From Catajapyx aquilonaris (Eukaryota), in NCBI GenBank assembly GCA_000934665.2, contig KZ537973.1:124001-188000 (forward strand): 64,000 nt of DNA. The letters run 5' to 3'. The position numbers and the translations under genes were made by a program. The notes beneath the pieces were generated by a model. That model saw nothing but the letters and a program-made list of their open reading frames with translations, was not told the origin of the DNA and searched no databases. Below, piece after piece: positions 52,816 through 64,000 of the stretch (position 1 is the stretch's first letter; each line of letters starts with the position of its first letter).

Positions 52816-55029
52816 CCTGAAAGGGGCACTCTAGAGGCCATTGTTGGTTGCTAGGATTAGGCAACAATAGCGGACAGTTGAGCAGCAAATGGTTTGTAAT
52901 CCTCCAATAAGCGCAGACTATTGTCTGTGTGTCTGCCAAAGATGTCCTTTGATCTCTGACTTGAACAACCGGCCAATAGAAGGTGGGTTTAAGTCAGACA
53001 AAAATGAAAAAATTCGCGATAATCACCATAAACTGTCAAGGCAACAAGCCATTAACAAGAAGAAAATATAAGGAAAGCAAAATTAATCGAAAAAAGCACT
53101 TTATTGCGTTACCTCCCCGAAGTGCCATGGCCTTTTTTCCACACTTGATTGCCCCAACTGTGCCTCTATTTTTTTGTTGGGATTCCTCTGCATTACGGTA
53201 GATTCGTCTGGATAAGTTTTCAGCACCGCGCAACCCATGTTGGCCTATCAGAATGCAGTATTTATCAGCTTAGCTTCGCGTATGCTTCCCCGAGGCAAGG
53301 GGTATGTGCCAATAATAATGAATATCTCAAGGCTGCTTTTCTGCGCCGTGAGATCCTCGGGGGGTTAATTTTTTGGCCGGAAATATATGCGGTGTACAGT
53401 AGCGCTTATTTCTTTTCTGAATGGGCTTGATAATGGCCTCCTTTCTTCCACCAACCTTCATCCCCCATCCAAAAGAGCACTCTTATATTCTCTCTTGAAA
53501 AGTATGAAAGAAAACCTTTGAAGGCATCGTTGTAATTATATCTTGTTAGTCAGCTCGGTGTCTGACGAAATAAGCTGCATTTACCGCATTAGGTATTACA
53601 CCATTTGTTCGCTTAGAAAAAAAAAGTTGGAAGTCGCATCAGTTTTGATAAACTGTAGCCAAGTATTGTAGTACGATGTGTTAAACCGCCTGTCTCCAAT
53701 GTCGGGTACAGTTCAGCTGAAGCAAACTCTGTATTTTAAACTCGACCTCTGTAACGTCATGTCTCCCCCCTCGAAACATGGCAGAGAACAAAAGACCGGG
53801 CCATTGTTAGGGAAGCATCGGATAATGGCAGCGCTGAGCAATCCGGTAATGGACTTAAGCGAGCACTTCCGCCCACAATCGCGTGACCTGATGGGTTAAT
53901 CCCGATTAAAATCTGCAGTGTCTTTACGATCACTTTTGTGCACCCACTATACTAAGTAGAGACACTATATCTTCGGCTTTTTTGTGTGGCGCTCTCTCTA
54001 TGCCCGGGGTACCCTAGGCCCCCCCATCCATCTCGTGATGTTTGCTGAAGCGAGTGCGGTCTGAAGTGCTATTCATCAGGTCCATGTCAGCTGAGAGTAC
54101 ATGCGGATGTGAATGGATAGGAGAGGGGGATAAGTCAGAAGAGGGGGGGATAAACCTTCTTTGTTCTCCGGCGCGATATCTGCCCTCATTTGACGGTACC
54201 ACTTCGCACAAAATGTCGACTTGGAATGTGGTTTTTAAAATGCACGTCACAGGACGGAATTCAGACGTTTTCTAACTTTAAACGCAGTGACTATAAATTA
54301 CAGAGATATCAGATGATCCTAGACTTGAAAAGACTATATACATTGAGCATCCTCCGTATATAGCAGAGCTCTCCATAATGTGTTTTCCAACTCACGTACT
54401 GCACGTAATCCGATGTATCGAGGTTTTCGTTTACCCAGATGCAAATGTGATTTGCCATTCTCAAAGCGAGTGTTTCCACCACCCACTATCCACCCTCTCT
54501 CTATATCCCGGGGATGGGTTTGCGGTGGCGTCGTCACCATTTCCGCTGGCAAAACAGCCTCCATTCGATCTGACTCCGCGACCTGATACTACTGTAGATG
54601 AAATGCACTCATCGGTGTAATTGTAGCATTTCCATTCCTGCTACTCTCAGAAACTTTGGCAACTCCGCCAAGTTCAAGCAACTTTTTCTTTGGCGATTCT
54701 TGGCTCATTTGGAGGTTCCTTTTTGAGAGAAGAAGGACTGACCCCTCCCCCACCTTCCATCCGTCTTCTATCCGACAGGGCATTTCTGGGTTTTGCCTCC
54801 TTTCATTCATGTGCTCCCAAGCTCCTTTTCTGGAGGGAATGGAGGAAGGTCCAAGGAGGGAGCCATTGAATAGGCTCGCTCAAGGCAGACGAAGGAACCG
54901 GACACCCTTCTCAAGGCCTTGGGGGCAGCTGGATGCTCTCAAACATCTGGATCTTTCTCTCCTTTTTTTACAGTCCCACCATCCAGCGTCTAAAACAAGG
55001 TCTAAAACCCTCTGTGGAAATTCCGTTCG

Positions 55030-55030
<1 letters not shown>

Positions 55031-55105
<75 letters not shown>
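55031..55105. repeat. (ATT)25 microsatellite
   Basis: Perfect trinucleotide run. Confidence 0.97.
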
Positions 55106-58100
55106 GGAAGGCAGGCAGGCAGGGATCGAAGTGTGAGAGGGAGGAGAGATACCTTTCTGGGGTAACGAGGTTATTAATAGGCCTAACACGCTCCGTAATG
55201 AAATTTTCATCGCATCCGGGAGAGGGAAACCGGAAAATCTTGGGCTTCCATTCATTAGTGCAATTTGTGAGGGGTCACGTATATATATACATCAGTGTGC
55301 TTTATAAGCAAGCAGCCTCCTCCTCCTGAAGCCTCTTGGGCAAATGGATGCTGCGGTCCAGCACTCTCCTTAGAGCGACGACCGGGGTCACTACCTTATC
55401 ATCGGGGACCTAAATTAGAACTCTGACATCAGTGATGCTTCGCATAAACTTGAGACTTTGACTTTGACAACCAAGAGTTTCACACTCTCAGAGGTCAGCC
55501 CTGGAGATGCGGCACTCAAAAGGATCCTTTCAAGTGCTCAGTTCCTAATGGACCCGGTTACGTACTGTAGAGGCTACTTTACAGTGAGAGTTCTGTTGCC
55601 GACGACATAGATAATTTTGCTGCTTCAGATAATGATGATCACAGGGTGTAGCGTCCAAGCTACAAGTAAAATAGACTTTTAATGACTTTCATTTTTATTT
55701 ATCTTTTTATGGTGTTGATAATTGTATAGTCTATAGGGTATCTTTCTTCAAATTTGGTTGTGCTGTAGACAACTGAAACGAAGATTGTAATAGCGGACCA
55801 TTACTGCCTCATGGTGGTGTGTCTCTGAAACGAGGCCAAAATTCACTCTATTGCATGAAAAAATCTGCTAACGACTATCCGTGTCTATCACGCCCACTAG
55901 GCACAGAAGCCCAGTCCTAATGACGTTCCCCACCCGATAGACGTCCCCAAGGAAATGGGTCTCTCGACAGGGGGAGCCATAACCGCCGTATCTTGGCCAG
56001 GAAATGGCTGCTCCTCTGCTTTGCCTGTAGAGGCGTCACGGATTCCACGCGTGGCTTGCCTCCCTGCCGCGTGTGATCGCTCATCTGCAGGTCTGTGAGC
56101 CGCACCAGATCGCGCCTCTATCTCTATGGGAAGGCAGACCAAGCGCATCTCATCTAATCACTTAGCAGCGCCGCACGGCTATTACTATACAAGGGCTTAG
56201 AGATAGGTCCGGATGCAGCAGCAGCTAACAGGATCATGTGCGCTAACGAACGCGGTTTTCCTTTTCACGGAGCCCGGTCCTTTTCTGCGGCCGGCCCCCA
56301 GGCACGCAGGGTTTAGGCCCGGCTCTAATTGGATGCTGGAGGGACCGTCGCGTCGGGGCTGCTGCTATCAGCAATGGGGGTAGCTGCTTGCTGCGTGATT
56401 CGTAATTAGCCCCAATGGTGGAAAAGAGCCGGATGAGACGCATGGCCGTTTGAAGGCTCAAAAGACTGCTTGTTGCTGCGAAACATGGCGGGCATTCCTA
56501 ATTGCGTAGCTAACAGCCACTAATAGCTGAGAGGATGGTAACTGCTCCGAATAGCTCTCTGAAAGAGAAAAAAACCTGTCCACATTCTGTCTTATTATTG
56601 TGGTAGGCTTGGAAGCTGCTTTGAACAAAAGTTAGCACAATTAGAGGCTATATTGATCTTCTCTAGACCCCTTATTGTAGGGGCGTACTAATAGCATTAG
56701 CACTAATCAAGAGTGCTGTGGGATAAGACACCAGCTTAATAGATTTCAATTGTGGCGTGTTACGGTAGCTTGTAGCTGGTAACAACTTATAGTTGATCGC
56801 TGCTATTTCTGTCCGGACGATGGAGGAGCTAAAAATAACGGTCCTGTTTTGCCGGACCGGTTCTCGTCTTTCCTCTTCTAAGTTGCCGTAAACCAGACAT
56901 ATCGATTATGCGGACTGGTTTGTATCCTATTACGCGCCCGTTTCCGCTCGTTCACATCGAAAATCGGTTAGCTTACAAGAAATGGTGATGGTTCTTTTTA
57001 TCGCATTGGCGCAGACGACTTCATTTCCTTTCACCGCACGTGCGATTGTGTTTTGCCAGCTTTTTATATCAAAAGAATATGCTGGAATCCGCGTCGCGGC
57101 TTGTATATGTTACTTCAAAATGCGGATTTTCTCTTCATTCTTTTTCGGGTAGTTGTGGTGAAGGGGATTCTCACGTCAGCTTTTCGAAGCAAAAAGCAAA
57201 TAATATTCGTGTGTATACTCATTAGCGTCTAATGAGAGCCCTTTCGAATTGCTCGTTATAAATTTGACGCGGGGATATATGCACTTTTGTTTGCTTGCGT
57301 GTTTGAACAAAGCTTCAGTAGCGCACGTTTTTTTTTTGCGATTAACAAACACCCTGTGATCATAAATAATCGACGCCCCTGTTTTTACCAAGCTCGGTTC
57401 TTTTTTTAAAATAGCTAAACCGAAGGTCCACTAGCGTATAACTGCATGGTACACATTCAAACAATGTCATTGCACCGGTTGTAAGTTTAGTGGCTTACAT
57501 TAGCGATAATGTTTGGATGCTTTTGGATGATATTACTGAATTCAACATGTTTTCGAAAAACTTGGCAAGAGATGGCAGCACACATCATCGTACGATGGTA
57601 CGTGCTGCCATCTCTCGTTAGCGTCATTACATTGGCCGACCTTGAATTCTACTCACGGATTTCCTTCCTTCCGTTACTCCCACCCAAATTGAAGCAAAGC
57701 AGCTTAACTTGATGGAATTCGGGCATAAAGAAGGAGCCATCCGAGGCATGAGACAGGCAATAAGACGGTATGGGATTGGAGAATCCGCATGCAGTCTCCC
57801 CAAATCCTGGCCTGGGTCCAGCACAGGCAAGTTAGCTGCGTAGACACGGCCTCAAACCAATATACATTGGGTTGAAGTAGGGCTAAAGAGACCTGTTGCC
57901 CGCCACTGCCTTCCATCTAACCAGGGGCATACATCTTCAAACCGGCGCCGTTTGCCAAACCTTGACCTGTTTCCGTTTCTTATTGGCGCAGTTTCAGACT
58001 TTCAAAAAAACTTTGTCCAAATATATTCATCCTGATATCCGGCAACACTTCACGCTGATCCAAATAACTAATAAACAAGCTCGTTTCATAATAATCTGAC

Positions 58101-61100
58101 CTATCGTGCACCAGTCTATCTGAAACTATTTTTTTTTGACACAGAACATACCTCAAATCTGCCAAATCTGCTTTACATCGCACGATTCGTCACTTCTGAC
58201 AGGTGTAAGCTTATCGGCATTGTTGGAAGCAAATTTCGCTAGAGCGAGTTTCAAAACTCGGTGGGAAAAATATCGAACGTGTTGTACAACCCCAGGTTTT
58301 TGCAAAAAAAAAAAATGGTAGTAGCCTACACTTGCACTTTTTTTGGACGTCCCACATGAATAACTGTTGATGCTGGTTTGAGGGGCACTGCACGGTCCTT
58401 TTGACACCGGGGCGGGGAACAAAAGCATTCCGGCCTATTCAGAGTTGAAGGGGTTAACTTTTTTTTATTAATGCCCTGTAATGATGCCATTAACATGCGG
58501 CGATGAAGTGAGATTGAAGTGCGTTTATTACGAGGGGGGGGGGGAATTCGCCGGATGGAAGGGAGTATACACCTGGATTACGAGGATTACGCGAATTGTG
58601 TGGGATCATGAAGTATTTCCCCTGTGATATGTACAGGATTTCCAAAATAGTGAAGTCTCAGGGAACGTAAATTTTGGCTGTATTTTATATTAATCAATGT
58701 AGGTTGTAATAATCCTGCGTACAGTACAGAACATAAGGGAATTGATTCCGGATCGGATGTGGCAGTAATTCTGGTCGGATTTTCAGGGATTCCTGAGATT
58801 TTTTTAAAGAATTTCCCAAATTTCTGGCGATTTATTGGGATGACTTAGTGATTCCCATTTGATTTTCACTTTTTGAGGGATTCGTCTCTGATAACCCTTC
58901 AATTAGGATATCCTTTTACATTGTCCTTAAATTCCGGTTTTGATGGATGCCTGTGCCATGAGCAGAACGTGTAGGCTAATCACAGCGAGTGTTATTATCA
59001 GTCTGCTAATTGTAAAATATACTGTAGGCCAGTCCATGATAGTGCTCAGTACAAATCCATCTACATTATGCAAATCAGCACACCTGTTTTTTTTAGTTGC
59101 TGTTTACTCTTGTACGTATCTATGCGCCAACTTTTTGCTGACGACGGGCGACGGTGCACCAAGAGTTTCCCCCTCTGGGTTTATTACGGGGTATGCTAAC
59201 TGACATGACTAATTAAATATTTAAATGCAGCCTGGAGGGTAAGAACTCAACTAGTCCCTCGTCCTTTTGCTCTTAATGAACAAAGGGCACCAAATTTGTC
59301 CTCCTCCAAAACCCCATCCATTCCTTTAATCCGATTGGTTTTTTTTGTCATCCCAGCAAAAAAAAATTGTCACTCGATGATAAGTGTAGGATGTGCAGCA
59401 AGACAAAAATAAATTGGACAGGGTCTGTCGTCGGGAGATTCCTCTCGTGAGGGGATAAGATTATCGGTCGCGCGATGTGTTTGCGGATAGGCTTTGTCAC
59501 GCCCCCAGAGTTGATAACTGTGCGACAAGCTGCGTCAAGATGTCGCCTTTTATACGCGTTTAATTAGATGCTGCGCTTCAAAGCTGGAGATGAGGTTGGT
59601 GTTAAGGCCGTGTCCTTAGCAACTTTGCGTCCCTGATAATTTTTCTGCGCAAAAAAAAAGAAGTTTGATCTCATTATCTGAAGAGAACTAGATAGTAACA
59701 CCGGATGAAATTTTGTGCCGGGTAATTGTCAATTAAGAGGCGAATTGGAGAGGAGGGTGGGATGATTATGTCAAAGAAGTTTCCTTTATGACTATACCTT
59801 GCTTCTTAACTCTTTTATTGAGAGATGTTAACGCACAGAAAGGCTCATTTGCGCAGAATAGCCGCGTGGACGGCTCCTGCGCAGATAAGCTGCGCAAATG
59901 CTTCATGCGCAGTCAGTCTGCGCATCATGCACCACGAAAGGCCTTTCTGCATTAAAATGTTGTTTTTGATTTGTACAATGCCGAGTATAAACCAGTTCAG
60001 TTAGAAATTTAATGGATGACGCCACTTGACCCACAAATCACCGAACAATATCGGCCCAAGTGTCCACTCATTTAATTTGAACGCCACTTAGCATGCCACG
60101 CGCCATAACTCGTGTAACGGCCCGAAATTACACCTGCCCCGTGTTGTGTTTACCTATATGATTGTAATCTCACGCGCAATTAATGCAAGGCCTCGACTCC
60201 AAATATTTACATTCCACGCTGGGAATAATTATTCGCGCAGCCCAAATTGCTCACATAACAACAGTTTGTGTAATCTCGGGTTGGCGCCTAAAGTTTCTTA
60301 AGAGTTTTTTTACTACAGGTTTTTCTGGGTTGGTGAGAAATGAAGCTTTGGAGGCGGTTTGGCGAGCAATTGAGAGTTAATTCGGCGTCTGCCAACACAA
60401 ACCTCACAGCACTCTAAAGGGACTCAAAACCCTGAGCTTTCAAGTGTCGTTTTCCGCCTTATAAGGCTTGCTTTTAGATGAAGGTCGGTGCTGGGTTTCT
60501 TAATTAGTGTGGGTGGGGTTGTGGGTCGGTGAGGAATTTTTGGAGACAATGATGACTCGTATTTGTTGAAGGATCATTAACTCATTTTTTAAAAAGTTGA
60601 ACCAAATTTGTTAAACTACATGCTCTACTAGATTACAGTACATAATTATGTGCTCAGGTGAACCCCCAGACTAAAGGAGAGCTTGCTTCGGGGTAATTGC
60701 CAATAAGGTCACGTTAATTTTACGTCAAAAAATTAACAGGACGCATTCCCGTTGGTCCAAACTTGGCACTTACGGAAACCCTTGTAGGATAAAAAAAACC
60801 TAAATTCAATTAAACTACTTAACCCGGGGGCAAACCAGCGGCTGCCGACATTTCCATATCCAAGTGAGGGGGGTATGCGACAGATGGAGAATTTCCCATC
60901 TCGGTGAGCAATTTTATCCCGCTGCCATCAATAACTTTCCTCCCATCCGCCTCCCCACTTTTTGCACCCCATATAACCAGGGTTGCATAATATGCACGGT
61001 TTACTCATAACCAGAGGTGAATATGACTGAAGAGATGCTCAGAAAAGGGGGAAAAAGGTTGTCCCGTCGTCCCTTCACATTAGAGGACTAATCATTATGA

Positions 61101-63789
61101 CAGGAAAAGGCATTTGGTGTAATTAGGAGTCGCAGCCATTTGCAATTAGTATGGGGTGGGAGGGAGGTTATTAGCACATCACATTTAAATGCTGCATTTT
61201 GGGCTTGCGGCAATTACTGCTTGAAAAATGGCAGGTTTTGTACAATTGGCAACTCTTGCCATTATGTAAGAACTCTTACATTCTTTGAATGTAACTAGCT
61301 CCAGATTGCACCGGAAATGTGAGCGGATGTTACTGCTCAACCAATGATGGGAGTTGGCGTGGCCGAGCCAATAACACATATTTACATTTATAGTACAAAC
61401 GTTATATTTTATGCTTATGCAACCATTTCATGATTGGTTATAGTGGTTGCTTCCGTCTACATTTCCGGTTCAATTGCGGAATAAATGTCCCATACACTAT
61501 AACCGGAAAACATCAATATTTGCTGAATCAGCTGTACATTTTAGCAATTTCGATATGATGAATGGCGTCGTTTGCAGATTTATTAGACCATTTGGCAACG
61601 CCTTTGTGTACAGGATGATAAATGCAAGCGTTATAAAATGCAGGGAAAACAATAGCGAAATCTGCAAGGATTTTGGCTATTTATAGAAACGGCTTTTTCT
61701 ACTGTAGTTGTATCAACTCAAATTAAGGAGACAATTTTCGATTACTGGTATGTATGGTGAAAATCTTTCCCTCTTTTGGAATATGGACGATCAGTGCTGA
61801 GTCGACTTGTCTAAAAGTCAGTCTCGCCACGTCTTGATCATACAGCAATTTCTTTTTGTGCAAAAAAACGTGTGATTTATGATCGCCAACTCTGCAAAAT
61901 CAGCTTGCTCAGTACTTCCCTACAATGAAATTACGTGCTATACTGCAGTCCACCATACATTTTTTTGGCCATAAAAAACCGGGCCATATATTCAGTCCAA
62001 CCTCCCGTTACGTCCGGCGCACTTCAAAACTACTGCATTAGAAAATAGCATCGAAACACTGCTAACCCAGTTATTTTTTTGTGTGTGTTCCTATTGGCCT
62101 ACAAAATTGCAGGGGGCCAATAAGAATCGAGCAGATTATTTTTCAGGCGTTTATACTCGCCCGATATACATTAGAGCAACAAAACAGGAGGCCTTACCCT
62201 TCAATTAGGGTATCCCAATTTACCCACGGATGACTGAGTAGTGTACAGCGCAGAAATTGAGGGGCGTTGCAGGCACTCATTATAATCCTATAGCCGCACA
62301 CTAGAGATTTTCGTTCCAATTGGCCGCCATTGATTCACGTGAACAACCGAATCAAAGTGGGGTCCGGCCCCGAAATGAGCACTGCATTGCTTATCAGCCC
62401 GGTTCATTAGGCGCTATAATTGCCCATGCACTCGTTACTGGAATAAATAGTGACCGGATAGCGAATAAATTCATGGCACTCTGAGCCTACCGAGTTGACC
62501 AATCAATTTGATAGGTACACGCCAAGTAGCATTTATATACAATAAAAGTACTGTTATTGGTCGCGGCTATATTCGGTAGCAGTTATTTGAGGCTAGGTTA
62601 GGTTATTTTGGGAAATAAAGGCAGCCAATAGCTTGATAATGAGGAGGTAATTGAAATGGTTTTTGGAGGGTGGGAGGATATCCATGAGAGAAATCTGGAG
62701 AAATTCATTTTCAGCATTTGGTGACTGACTGTTACAACAATTGAGATGCCATCACTATCCGGTATCAATTTTTGCATCTGATGTCTCATATTATCTGGCT
62801 TAGGACAGTCAGCCACTATGGGCCACAACAGCTTCTCCGGGAGCTGCTACTGAGTATTTGTTATCTTGCTATTTAAGTTCAGGTATGTTTTTCGCTTAAC
62901 CATCCTGGTTGGGGGCTGTACATTCTGGAGTGCTCTGGCACATCGTGACTGACACACTTGAGCAGTGTAATTCAAAGCGTAATGCACTCGGTGCGGGCGC
63001 CCTTTTGAAACTCGAGTTCTGCCATATAGGACCCCCAAAAAATGCTTTAAAAAAATGAGAAGTCCTGATCCCCGCATGACTGAGCAGTGTGCGTGGGGTG
63101 TGCGTGTCCATAAGTGTAGGAGAGTGTAGCCTACTGTTGTCCACCCCCACACCGTCCACCCACCGTCTCCCGCCCTCCACAAAGGCTTTTTCGTATACAG
63201 ATCCCCAATTTGACCCTCTCTGATGTTACATGACTCATGCAAGCAATGGGCATATAGGCCTGTCTCCATCCATATCCGAGATTTCACAACAATTGGGCTC
63301 CTCAACTATGTGGAAATAACAACAGAAGCACAAAATGCATCCTTTAAAAAATCTAGCTGAAAATTTTCCCCCCAAGGTCTATCGGCCTGTTACGTGCCTG
63401 CAAAGGTCACTCTGCTGACCTGTCTTGCTCTTTTTACAAGCTACTGGCCCATATGGATACCATAATCATCGTAAGTAATTGAAAAAAACCCAGTTTCCTG
63501 TCCCTGCAGCCAGAGCAGAATTTCTTGGCGGTTTTGGGGTTTGTCCAAGAAAGGGAAGAAACAACTCCCAGATTTTACAGACCGCACAGAACTGGTTCGA
63601 GTCTGTGCCTCTGTGTGTCCTGGGTGAGTCATCATATCCGCTCAACCACACTGTAAACCGCAAACCATTAAAAGATCATCACTACTGAGTTTCTCATGGA
63701 GCATCGACTTATAATGTTCTTTAATGCTCTTGTAATGCTTTGATGATGCTTTTTTTAATGCTTTGCGGCGCTTTGAGGTTTACAGTGTA

Positions 63790-63915
63790 GTGCATGTAGT
63801 ACCACTACCACTCGCCAGACCCTGAGAGTGACAGTAGTGTGCAGAGAGTGAGGATGCGCCATCTTTGTGAGAGATATGATATTACGTGGACAGTCGGGGG
63901 CCCGTTTTACAAGTT
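63790..63915 (+). repeat. Dispersed repeat, copy 3 of 3
   Basis: gtgcatgtagtac...ccctgagagtgacagtagtgtgcagagag...ccatct.tgtg...tggacagtcgggg aligns to 47267-47370. Confidence 0.65.
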
Positions 63916-64000
63916 TGGTAAGAGCCTCACTACATAGTCACTGTTCGTGCTAAGTCATTATTGTGATAATTAATGACAACATTATCTCCTCTACTGCTCA

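Noticed and set aside
54656..55255. Poly-Ile/Leu/Asn ORFs
   Set aside because: Translations of the (ATT)n microsatellite.

Overview
Eukaryotic (arthropod-like, probably pancrustacean) genomic DNA with GT-AG introns; no prokaryotic features. Two conserved genes bracket the window's accessory region. Mediator subunit MED20 (last two coding exons, + strand) lies on the left and the 5' part of bruchpilot/ELKS (+ strand) on the right, with a >28 kb brp intron running off the window end. Between them (about 11.6-27.5 kb) is an island of secreted and cell-surface genes, mostly on the - strand. It holds four intact 3-exon C-type lectin genes with divergent ligand-binding motifs and two lectin remnants. 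It also holds a complete 3-exon GPI-anchored Ly6/three-finger gene with 12 Cys that the ORF track splits into pieces, a divergent myosuppressin-receptor-like GPCR and a possible decayed spaetzle-like cystine-knot gene. A 533-aa LRR protein gene is nested antisense in the brp intron. Several DNA-transposon relics are present: a Harbinger transposase fragment and MITE, a piggyBac-like element, foldback elements, and a MITE closely resembling mammalian Tigger4/Zombi. Gene models were built by hand from splice signals and reading-frame continuity; family calls rest on remembered motifs, not database searches.
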